Assembly: GCA_964057225.1 (NCBI GenBank)
Contig: CAXKVF010000078.1
Coordinates: 186,001-250,000 of the forward strand
Reading direction: 5' to 3'
DNA length: 64,000 nucleotides
Source: Auanema rhodensis
Lineage: Eukaryota; Animalia; Nematoda
Below the pieces are notes generated by a model. It was not told the origin of the DNA and ran no database searches. It saw nothing but the letters and a program-made list of their open reading frames with translations. How positions within the stretch are numbered: position 1 is the first letter of the stretch; each line of letters starts with the position of its first letter. The position numbers were made by a program, and so were the translations under genes. Positions 1-12,500 of this stretch are shown in pieces.

Positions 1-902
1 TGAAAACCGCATTTCTTTATCTTTCACGTGAAGCGAGTTACATACCAAGTGCACATCACGTGTACATTTAATTAGCATAAATTAAAGTTCACGTAAATTT
101 CAAAGTCATGGTTACCATGCACCAATATCAATAAAAATTTGTTTTTAGACTAATATGGACATGGGGAATCTAATTTTGAAAACCGCATCTCTTTATCTTT
201 CACGTGAAGCGAGTTACATACCAAGTGCACATCACGTGTACATTTAATTAGCATAAATTAAAGTTCACGTAAATTTTAAAGTCATGGTTACCATGAACCA
301 ATATCAATAAAAATTTGTTTTTAGACTAATATGGACATGGGGAATCTAATTTTGAAAACCGCATCTCTTTATCTTTCACGTGAAGCGAGTTACATACCAA
401 GTGCACATCACGTGTACATTTAATTAGCATAAATTAAAGTTCACGTAAATTTCAAAGTCATGGTTACCATGAACTAATATCAATAAAAATTTGTTTTTAG
501 ACTAATATGGACATGGAGAATCTAATTTTGAAAACCGCATCTCTTTATCTTTCACGTGAAGCGAGTTACATACCAAGTGCACATCACGTGTACATTTAAT
601 TAGCATAAATTAAAGTTCACGTAAATTTTAAAGTCATGGTTACCATGAACCAATATCAATAAAAATTTGTTTTTAGACTAATATGGACATGGGGAATCTA
701 ATTTTGAAAACCGCATTTCTTTATCTTTCACGTGAAGCGAGTTACATACCAAGTGCACATCACGTGTACATTTAATTAGCATAAATTAAAGTTCACGTAA
801 ATTTCAAAGTCATGGTTACCATGAACCAATATCAATAAAAATTTGTTTTTAGACTAATATGGACATGGGGAATCTAATTTTGAAAACCGCATCTCTTTAT
901 CT

Positions 903-912
903 TTCACGTGAA
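903..912. other. Perfect 10-bp palindrome TTCACGTGAA containing a CACGTG E-box/G-box core (monomer pos 23-32, present in nearly all copies)
   Basis: Read directly. TCACGTGA is a known bHLH-ZIP (USF/MiT-TFE class) site, but binding here is unproven. Confidence 0.6.
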
Positions 913-934
913 GCGAGTTACATACCAAGTGCAC

Positions 935-942
935 ATCACGTG
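935..942 (+). other. ATCACGTG, matching the RTCACRTG CDEI/Cbf1-type E-box consensus (monomer pos 55-62)
   Basis: Read directly. It is flanked by the palindromes GTGCAC and TGTACA. Function is unproven. Confidence 0.45.
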
Positions 943-985
943 TACATTTAATTAGCATAAATTAAAGTTCACGTAAATTTCAAAG

Positions 986-1000
986 TCATGGTTACCATGA
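986..1000. other. 15-bp dyad TCATGGT-T-ACCATGA (monomer pos 106-120)
   Basis: 7-bp arms are exact reverse complements around one central base, and it contains a GGTNACC (BstEII) site. Confidence 0.8.
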
Positions 1001-3520
1001 ACCAATATCAATAAAAATTTGTTTTTAGACTAATATGGACATGGGGAATCTAATTTTGAAAACCGCATTTCTTTATCTTTCACGTGAAGCGAGTTACATA
1101 CCAAGTGCACATCACGTGTACATTTAATTAGCATAAATTAAAGTTCACGTAAATTTAAAAGTCATGGTTACCATGCACCAATATCAATAAAAATTTGTTT
1201 TTAGACTAATATGGACATGGGGAATCTAATTTTGAAAACCGCATCTCTTTATCTTTCACGTGAAGCGAGTTACATACCAAGTGCACATCACGTGTACATT
1301 TAATTAGCATAAATTAAAGTTCACGTAAATTTTAAAGTCATGGTTACCATGAACCAATATCAATAAAAATTTGTTTTTAGACTAATATGGACATGGGGAA
1401 TCTAATTTTGAAAACCGCATCTCTTTATCTTTCACGTGAAGCGAGTTACATACCAAGTGCACATCACGTGTACATTTAATTAGCATAAATTAAAGTTCAC
1501 GTAAATTTCAAAGTCATGGTTACCATGAACTAATATCAATAAAAATTTGTTTTTAGACTAATATGGACATGGAGAATCTAATTTTGAAAACCGCATCTCT
1601 TTATCTTTCACGTGAAGCGAGTTACATACCAAGTGCACATCACGTGTACATTTAATTAGCATAAATTAAAGTTCACGTAAATTTTAAAGTCATGGTTACC
1701 ATGAACCAATATCAATAAAAATTTGTTTTTAGACTAATATGGACATGGGGAATCTAATTTTGAAAACCGCATCTCTTTATCTTTCACGTGAAGCGAGTTA
1801 CATACCAAGTGCACATCACGTGTACATTTAATTAGCATAAATTAAAGTTCACGTAAATTTCAAAGTCATGGTTACCATGAACTAATATCAATAAAAATTT
1901 GTTTTTAGACTAATATGGACATGGAGAATCTAATTTTGAAAACCGCATCTCTTTATCTTTCACGTGAAGCGAGTTACATACCAAGTGCACATCACGTGTA
2001 CATTTAATTAGCATAAATTAAAGTTCACGTAAATTTCAAAGTCATGTTTACCATGAACCAATATCAATAAAAATTTGTTTTTAGACTAATATGGACATGG
2101 GGAATCTAATTTTGAAAACCGCATCTCTTTATCTTTCACGTGAAGCGAGTTACATACCAAGTGCACATCACGTGTACATTTAATTAGCATAAATTAAAGT
2201 TCACGTAAATTTCAAAGTCATGGTTACCATGAAGCAATATCAATAAAAATTTGTTTTTAGACTAATATGGACATGGGGAATCTAATTTTGAAAACCGCAT
2301 CTCTTTATCTCTCACGTGAAGCGAGTTACATACCAAGTGCACATCACGTGTACATTTAATTAGCATAAATTAAAGTTCACGTAAATTTCAAAGTCATGGT
2401 TACCATGAACCAATATCAATAAAAATTTGTTTTTAGACTAATATGGACATGGGGAATCTAATTTTGAAAACCGCATCTCTTTATCTTTCACGTGAAGCGA
2501 GTTACATACCAAGTGCACATCACGTGTACATTTAATTAGCATAAATTAAAGTTCACGTAAATTTCAAAGTCATGGTTACCATGAAGCAATATCAATAAAA
2601 ATTTGTTTTTAGACTAATATGGACATGGGGAATCTAATTTTGAAAACCGCATCTCTTTATCTTTCACGTGAAGCGAGTTACATACCAAGTGCACATCACG
2701 TGTACATTTAATTAGCATAAATTAAAGTTCACGTAAATTTCAAAGTCATGGTTACCATGAACCAATATCAATAAAAATTTGTTTTCAGACTAATATGGAC
2801 ATGGGGAATCTAATTTTGAAAACCGCATCTCTTTATCTTTCACGTGAAGCGAGTTACATACCAAGTGCACATCACGTGTACATTTAATTAGCATAAATTA
2901 AAGTTCACGTAAATTTCAAAGTCATGGTTACCATGAAGCAATATCAATAAAAATTTGTTTTTAGACTAATATGGACATGGGGAATCTAATTTTGAAAACC
3001 GCATCTCTTTATCTCTCACGTGAAGCGAGTTACATACCAAGTGCACATCACGTGTACATTTAATTAGCATAAATTAAAGTTCACGTAAATTTCAAAGTCA
3101 TGGTTACCATGAACCAATATCAATAAAAATTTGTTTTTAGACTAATATGGACATGGGGAATCTAATTTTGAAAACCGCATCTCTTTATCTTTCACGTGAA
3201 GCGAGTTACATACCAAGTGCACATCACGTGTACATTTAATTAGCATAAATTAAAGTTCACGTAAATTTTAAAGTCATGGTTACCATGAACCAATATCAAT
3301 AAAAATTTGTTTTTAGACTAATATGGACATGGGGAATCTAATTTTGAAAACCGCATTTCTTTATCTTTCACGTGAAGCGAGTTACATACCAAGTGCACAT
3401 CACGTGTACATTTAATTAGCATAAATTAAAGTTCACGTAAATTTCAAAGTCATGGTTACCATGAACCAATATCAATAAAAATTTGTTTTTAGACTAATAT
3501 GGACATGGGGAATCTAATTT

Positions 3521-6500
3521 TGAAAACCGCATCTCTTTATCTTTCACGTGAAGCGAGTTACATACCAAGTGCACATCACGTGTACATTTAATTAGCATAA
3601 ATTAAAGTTCACGTAAATTTCAAAGTCATGGTTACCATGAACCAAAATCAATAAAAATTTGTTTTTAGACTAATATGGACATGGGGAATCTAATTTTGAA
3701 AACCGCATTTCTTTATCTTTCACGTGAAGCGAGTTACATACCAAGTGCACATCACGTGTACATTTAATTAGCATAAATTAAAGTTCACGTAAATTTCAAA
3801 GTCATGGTTACCATGCACCAATATCAATAAAAATTCGTTTTTAGACTAATATGGACATGGGGAATCTAATTTTGAAAACCGCATCTCTTTATCTTTCACG
3901 TGAAGCGAGTTACATACCAAGTGCACATCACGTGTACATTTAATTAGCATAAATTAAAGTTCACGTAAATTTTAAAGTCATGGTTACCATGAACCAATAT
4001 CAATAAAAATTTGTTTTTAGACTAATATGGACATGGGGAATCTAATTTTGAAAACCGCATTTCTTTATCTTTCACGTGAAGCGAGTTACATACCAAGTGC
4101 ACATCACGTGTACATTTAATTAGCATAAATTAAAGTTCACGTAAATTTCAAAGTCATGGTTACCATGAACCAATATCAATAAAAATTTGTTTTTAGACTA
4201 ATATGGACATGGGGAATCTAATTTTGAAAACCGCATCTCTTTATCTTTCACGTGAAGCGAGTTACATACCAAGTGCACATCACGTGTACATTTAATTAGC
4301 ATAAATTAAAGTTCACGTAAATTTCAAAGTCATGGTTACCATGAACCAATATCAATAAAAATTTGTTTTTAGACTAATATGGACATGGGGAATCTAAGTT
4401 TGAAAACCGCATTTCTTTATCTTTCACGTGAAGCGAGTTACATACCAAGTGCACATCACGTGTACATTTAATTAGCATAAATTAAAGTTCACGTAAATTT
4501 CAAAGTCATGGTTACCATGCACCAATATCAATAAAAATTTGTTTTTAGACTAATATGGACATGGGGAATCTAATTTTGAAAACCGCATCTCTTTATCTTT
4601 CACGTGAAGCGAGTTACATACCAAGTGCACATCACGTGTACATTTAATTAGCATAAATTAAAGTTCACGTAAATTTTAAAGTCATGGTTACCATGAACCA
4701 ATATCAATAAAAATTTGTTTTTAGACTAATATGGACATGGGGAATCTAATTTTGAAAACCGCATCTCTTTATCTTTCACGTGAAGCGAGTTACATACCAA
4801 GTGCACATCACGTGTACATTTAATTAGCATAAATTAAAGTTCACGTAAATTTCAAAGTCATGGTTACCATGAACTAATATCAATAAAAATTTGTTTTTAG
4901 ACTAATATGGACATGGAGAATCTAATTTTGAAAACCGCATCTCTTTATCTTTCACGTGAAGCGAGTTACATACCAAGTGCACATCACGTGTACATTTAAT
5001 TAGCATAAATTAAAGTTCACGTAAATTTCAAAGTCATGGTTACCATGAACCAATATCAATAAAAATTTGTTTTCAGACTAATATGGACATGGGGAATCTA
5101 ATTTTGAAAACCGCATCTCTTTATCTTTCACGTGAAGCGAGTTACATACCAAGTGCACATCACGTGTACATTTAATTAGCATAAATTAAAGTTCACGTAA
5201 ATTTCAAAGTCATGGTTACCATGAAGCAATATCAATAAAAATTTGTTTTTAGACTAATATGGACATGGGGAATCTAATTTTGAAAACCGCATCTCTTTAT
5301 CTCTCACGTGAAGCGAGTTACATACCAAGTGCACATCACGTGTACATTTAATTAGCATAAATTAAAGTTCACGTAAATTTCAAAGTCATGGTTACCATGA
5401 ACCAATATCAATAAAAATTTGTTTTTAGACTAATATGGACATGGGGAATCTAATTTTGAAAACCGCATCTCTTTATCTTTCACGTGAAGCGAGTTACATA
5501 CCAAGTGCACATCACGTGTACATTTAATTAGCATAAATTAAAGTTCACGTAAATTTCAAAGTCATGGTTACCATGAACCAATATCAATAAAAATTTGTTT
5601 TTAGACTAATATGGACATGGGGAATCTAATTTTGAAAACCGCATCTCTTTATCTTTCACGTGAAGCGAGTTACATACCAAGTGCACATCACGTGTACATT
5701 TAATTAGCATAAATTAAAGTTCACGTAAATTTCAAAGTCATGGTTACCATGAACCAATATCAATAAAAATTTGTTTTCAGACTAATATGGACATGGGGAA
5801 TCTAATTTTGAAAACCGCATCTCTTTATCTTTCACGTGAAGCGAGTTACATACCAAGTGCACATCACGTGTACATTTAATTAGCATAAATTAAAGTTCAC
5901 GTAAATTTCAAAGTCATGGTTACCATGAAGCAATATCAATAAAAATTTGTTTTTAGACTAATATGGACATGGGGAATCTAATTTTGAAAACCGCATCTCT
6001 TTATCTCTCACGTGAAGCGAGTTACATACCAAGTGCACATCACGTGTACATTTAATTAGCATAAATTAAAGTTCACGTAAATTTCAAAGTCATGGTTACC
6101 ATGAACCAATATCAATAAAAATTTGTTTTTAGACTAATATGGACATGGGGAATCTAATTTTGAAAACCGCATCTCTTTATCTTTCACGTGAAGCGAGTTA
6201 CATACCAAGTGCACATCACGTGTACATTTAATTAGCATAAATTAAAGTTCACGTAAATTTCAAAGTCATGGTTACCATGAACCAATATTAATAAAAATTT
6301 GTTTTTAGACTAATATGGACATGGGGAATCTAATTTTGAAAACCGCATCTCTTTATCTTTCACGTGAAGCGAGTTACATACCAAGTGCACATCACGTGTA
6401 CATTTAATTAGCATAAATTAAAGTTCACGTAAATTTCAAAGTCATGGTTACCATGAACCAATATCAATAAAAATTTGTTTTTAGACTAATATGGACATGG

Positions 6501-9500
6501 GGAATCTAATTTTGAAAACCGCATCTCTTTATCTTTCACGTGAAGCGAGTTACATACCAAGTGCACATCACGTGTACATTTAATTAGCATAAATTAAAGT
6601 TCACGTAAATTTCAAAGTCATGGTTACCATGAACCAATATCAATAAAAATTTGTTTTTAGACTAATATGGACATGGGGAATCTAATTTTGAAAACCGCAT
6701 CTCTTTATCTTTCACGTGAAGCGAGTTACATACCAAGTGCACATCACGTGTACATTTAATTAGCATAAATTAAAGTTCACGTAAATTTCAAAGTCATGGT
6801 TACCATGAACCAATATCAATAAAAATTTGTTTTCAGACTAATATGGACATGGGGAATCTAATTTTGAAAACCGCATCTCTTTATCTTTCACGTGAAGCGA
6901 GTTACATACCAAGTGCACATCACGTGTACATTTAATTAGCATAAATTAAAGTTCACGTAAATTTCAAAGTCATGGTTACCATGAAGCAATATCAATAAAA
7001 ATTTGTTTTTAGACTAATATGGACATGGGGAATCTAATTTTGAAAACCGCATCTCTTTATCTCTCACGTGAAGCGAGTTACATACCAAGTGCACATCACG
7101 TGTACATTTAATTAGCATAAATTAAAGTTCACGTAAATTTCAAAGTCATGGTTACCATGAACCAATATCAATAAAAATTTGTTTTTAGACTAATATGGAC
7201 ATGGGGAATCTAATTTTGAAAACCGCATCTCTTTATCTTTCACGTGAAGCGAGTTACATACCAAGTGCACATCACGTGTACATTTAATTAGCATAAATTA
7301 AAGTTCACGTAAATTTCAAAGTCATGGTTACCATGAACCAATATCAATAAAAATTTGTTTTTAGACTAATATGGACATGGGGAATCTAATTTTGAAAAAC
7401 CGCATCTCTTTATCTTTCACGTGAAGCGAGTTACATACCAAGTGCACATCACGTGTACATTTAATTAGCATAAATTAAAGTTCACGTAAATTTCAAAGTC
7501 ATGGTTACCATGAACCAATATCAATAAAAATTTGTTTTTAGACTAATATGGACATGGGGAATCTAATTTTGAAAACCGCATCTCTTTATCTTTCACGTGA
7601 AGCGAGTTACATACCAAGTGCACATCACGTGTACATTTAATTAGCATAAATTAAAGTTCACGTAAATTTCAAAGTCATGGTTACCATGAACCAATATCAA
7701 TAAAAATTTGTTTTTAGACTAATATGGACATGGGGAATCTAATTTTGAAAACCGCATTTCTTTATCTTTCACGTGAAGCGAGTTACATACCAAGTGCACA
7801 TCACGTGTACATTTAATTAGCATAAATTAAAGTTCACGTAAATTTCAAAGTCATGGTTACCATGCACCAATATCAATAAAAATTTGTTTTTAGACTAATA
7901 TGGACATGGGGAATCTAATTTTGAAAACCGCATCTCTTTATCTTTCACGTGAAGCGAGTTACATACCAAGTGCACATCACGTGTACATTTAATTAGCATA
8001 AATTAAAGTTCACGTAAATTTTAAAGTCATGGTTACCATGAACCAATATCAATAAAAATTTGTTTTTAGACTAATATGGACATGGGGAATCTAATTTTGA
8101 AAACCGCATCTCTTTATCTTTCACGTGAAGCGAGTTACATACCAAGTGCACATCACGTGTACATTTAATTAGCATAAATTAAAGTTCACGTAAATTTCAA
8201 AGTCATGGTTACCATGAACTAATATCAATAAAAATTTGTTTTTAGACTAATATGGACATGGAGAATCTAATTTTGAAAACCGCATCTCTTTATCTTTCAC
8301 GTGAAGCGAATTACATACCAAGTGCACATCACGTGTACATTTAATTAGCATAAATTAAAGTTCACGTAAATTTCAAAGTCATGGTTACCATGAACCAATA
8401 TCAATAAAAATTTGTTTTTAGACTAATATGGACATGGGGAATCTAATTTTGAAAACCGCATCTCTTTATCTTTCACGTGAAGCGAGTTACATACCAAGTG
8501 CACATCACGTGTACATTTAATTAGCATAAATTAAAGTTCACGTAAATTTTAAAGTCATGGTTACCATGAACCAATATCAATAAAAATTTGTTTTTAGACT
8601 AATATGGACATGGGGAATCTAATTTTGAAAACCGCATCTCTTTATCTTTCACGTGAAGCGAGTTACATACCAAGTGCACATCACGTGTACATTTAATTAG
8701 CATAAATTAAAGTTCACGTAAATTTCAAAGTCATGGTTACCATGAACTAATATCAATAAAAATTTGTTTTTAGACTAATATGGACATGGAGAATCTAATT
8801 TTGAAAACCGCATCTCTTTATCTTTCACGTGAAGCGAGTTACATACCAAGTGCACATCACGTGTACATTTAATTAGCATAAATTAAAGTTCACGTAAATT
8901 TCAAAGTCATGGTTACCATGAACCAATATCAATAAAAATTTGTTTTCAGACTAATATGGACATGGGAAATCTAATTTTGAAAACCGCATCTCTTTATCTT
9001 TCACGTGAAGCGAGTTACATACCAAGTGCACATCACGTGTACATTTAATTAGCATAAATTAAAGTTCACGTAAATTTCAAAGTCATGGTTATCATGAAGC
9101 AATATCAATAAAAATTTGTTTTTAGACTAATATGGACATGGGGAATCTAATTTTGAAAACCGCATCTCTTTATCTCTCACGTGAAGCGAGTTACATACCA
9201 AGTGCACATCACGTGTACATTTAATTAGCATAAATTAAAGTTCACGTAAATTTCAAAGTCATGGTTACCATGAACCAATATCAATAAAAATTTGTTTTTA
9301 GACTAATATGGACATGGGAAATCTAATTTTGAAAACCGCATCTCTTTATCTTTCACGTGAAGCGAGTTACATACCAAGTGCACATCACGTGTACATTTAA
9401 TTAGCATAAATTAAAGTTCACGTAAATTTCAAAGTCATGGTTACCATGAAGCAATATCAATAAAAATTTGTTTTTAGACTAATATGGACATGGGGAATCT

Positions 9501-12500
9501 AATTTTGAAAACCGCATCTCTTTATCTCTCACGTGAAGCGAGTTACATACCAAGTGCACATCACGTGTACATTTAATTAGCATAAATTAAAGTTCACGTA
9601 AATTTCAAAGTCATGGTTACCATGAACCAATATCAATAAAAATTTGTTTTTAGACTAATATGGACATGGGGAATCTAATTTTGAAAACCGCATCTCTTTA
9701 TCTTTCACGTGAAGCGAGTTACATACCAAGTGCACATCACGTGTACATTTAATTAGCATAAATTAAAGTTCACGTAAATTTCAAAGTCATGGTTACCATG
9801 AACCAATATCAATAAAAATTTGTTTTTAGACTAATATGGACATGGGGAATCTAATTTTGAAAACCGCATCTCTTTATCTTTCACGTGAAGCGAGTTACAT
9901 ACCAAGTGCACATCACGTGTACATTTAATTAGCATAAATTAAAGTTCACGTAAATTTCAAAGTAATGGTTACCATGAACCAATATCAATAAAAATTTGTT
10001 TTTAGACTAATATGGACATGGGGAATCTAATTTTGAAAACCGCATCTCTTTATCTTTCACGTGAAGCGAGTTACATACCAAGTGCACATCACGTGTACAT
10101 TTAATTAGCATAAATTAAAGTTCACGTAAATTTCAAAGTCATGGTTACCATGAACCAATATCAATAAAAATTTGTTTTTAGACTAATATGGACATGGGGA
10201 ATCTAATTTTGAAAACCGCATCTCTTTATCTTTCACGTGAAGCGAGTTACATACCAAGTGCACATCACGTGTACATTTAATTAGCATAAATTAAAGTTCA
10301 CGTAAATTTCAAAGTCATGGTTACCATGAACCAATATCAATAAAAATTTGTTTTTAGACTAATATGGACATGGGGAATCTAATTTTGAAAACCGCATCTC
10401 TTTATCTTTCACGTGAAGCGAGTTACATACCAAGTGCACATCACGTGTACATTTAATTAGCATAAATTAAAGTTCACGTAAATTTCAAAGTCATGGTTAC
10501 CATGAACCAATATCAATAAAAATTTGTTTTTAGACTAATATGGACATGGGGAATCTAATTTTGAAAACCGCATCTCTTTATCTTTCACGTGAAGCGAGTT
10601 ACATACCAAGTGCACATCACGTGTACATTTAATTAGCATAAATTAAAGTTCACGTAAATTTCAAAGTCATGGTTACCATGAAGCAATATCAATAAAAATT
10701 TGTTTTTAGACTAATATGGACATGGGGAATCTAATTTTGAAAACCGCATCTCTTTATCTTTCACGTGAAGCGAGTTACATACCAAGTGCACATCACGTGT
10801 ACATTTAATTAGCATAAATTAAAGTTCACGTAAATTTCAAAGTCATGGTTACCATGAACCAATATCAATACAAATTTGTTTTTAGACTAATATGGACATG
10901 GGGAATCTAATTTTGAAAACCGCATCTCTTTATCTTTCACGTGAAGCGAGTTACATACCAAGTGCACATCACGTGTACATTTAATTAGCATAAATTAAAG
11001 TTCACGTAAATTTCAAAGTCATGGTTACCATGAACCAATATCAATAAAAATTTGTTTTTAGACTAATATGGACATGGGGAATCTAATTTTGAAAACCGCA
11101 TCTCTTTATCTTTCACGTGAAGCGAGTTACATACCAAGTGCACATCACGTGTACATTTAATTAGCATAAATTAAAGTTCACGTAAATTTCAAAGTCATGG
11201 TTACCATGAACCAATATCAATAAAAATTTGTTTTTAGACTAATATGGACATGGGAAATCTAATTTTGAAAACCGCATCTCTTTATCTTTCACGTGAAGCG
11301 AGTTACATACCAAGTGCACATCACGTGTACATTTAATTAGCATAAATTAAAGTTCACGTAAATTTCAAAGTCATGGTTACCATGAACCAATATCAATAAA
11401 AATTTGTTTTTAGACTAATATGGACATGGGGAATCTAATTTTGAAAACCGCATCTCTTTATCTTTCACGTGAAGCGAGTTACATACCAAGTGCACATCAC
11501 GTGTACATTTAATTAGCATAAATTAAAGTTCACGTAAATTTCAAAGTCATGGTTACCATGAACCAATATCAATAAAAATTTGTTTTTAGACTAATATGGA
11601 CATGGGGAATCTAATTTTGAAAACCGCATCTCTTTATCTTTCACGTGAAGCGAGTTACATACCAAGTGCACATCACGTGTACATTTAATTAGCATAAATT
11701 AAAGTTCACGTAAATTTCAAAGTCATGGTTACCATGAACCAATATCAATAAAAATTTGTTTTTAGACTAATATGGACATGGGAAATCTAATTTTGAAAAC
11801 CGCATCTCTTTATCTTTCACGTGAAGCGAGTTACATACCAAGTGCACATCACGTGTACATTTAATTAGCATAAATTAAAGTTCACGTAAATTTCAAAGTC
11901 ATGGTTACCATGAACCAAAATCAATAAAAATTTGTTTTTAGACTAATATGGACATGGGGAATCTAATTTTGAAAACCGCATTTCTTTATCTTTCACGTGA
12001 AGCGAGTTACATACCAAGTGCACATCACGTGTACATTTAATTAGCATAAATTAAAGTTCACGTAAATTTCAAAGTCATGGTTACCATGCACCAATATCAA
12101 TAAAAATTCGTTTTTAGACTAATATGGACATGGGGAATCTAATTTTGAAAACCGCATCTCTTTATCTTTCACGTGAAGCGGGTTACATACCAAGTGCACA
12201 TCACGTGTACATTTAATTAGCATAAATTAAAGTTCACGTAAATTTTAAAGTCATGGTTACCATGAACCAATATCAATAAAAATTTGTTTTTAGACTAATA
12301 TGGACATGGGGAATCTAATTTTGAAAACCGCATTTCTTTATCTTTCACGTGAAGCGAGTTACATACCAAGTGCACATCACGTGTACATTTAATTAGCATA
12401 AATTAAAGTTCACGTAAATTTCAAAGTCATGGTTACCATGAACCAATATCAATAAAAATTTGTTTTTAGACTAATATGGACATGGGGAATCTAATTTTGA

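Larger units (their letters stand above)
881..1056 (+). repeat. Representative consensus monomer (M6)
   Basis: TGAAAACCGCATCTCTTTATCTTTCACGTGAAGCGAGTTACATACCAAGTGCACATCACGTGTACATTTAATTAGCATAAATTAAAGTTCACGTAAATTTCAAAGTCATGGTTACCATGAACCAATATCAATAAAAATTTGTTTTTAGACTAATATGGACATGGGGAATCTAATTT. It has 56/176 G+C and 5 CpG. The monomer start is arbitrary. Confidence 0.97.

Noticed and set aside
991-1004. RFX X-box-like site (GTTACCATG...)
   Set aside because: Only one half of the palindromic X-box consensus matches, which is too weak to call.
881-1056. Tandem RNA gene cluster (5S rRNA, tRNA, snRNA, SL RNA)
   Set aside because: I recognise no 5S sequence, tRNA cloverleaf or Pol III A/B boxes. An Rfam/Infernal scan would settle it.
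881-1056. CENP-B box
   Set aside because: There is no match to NTTCGNNNNANNCGGGN on either strand of the consensus.
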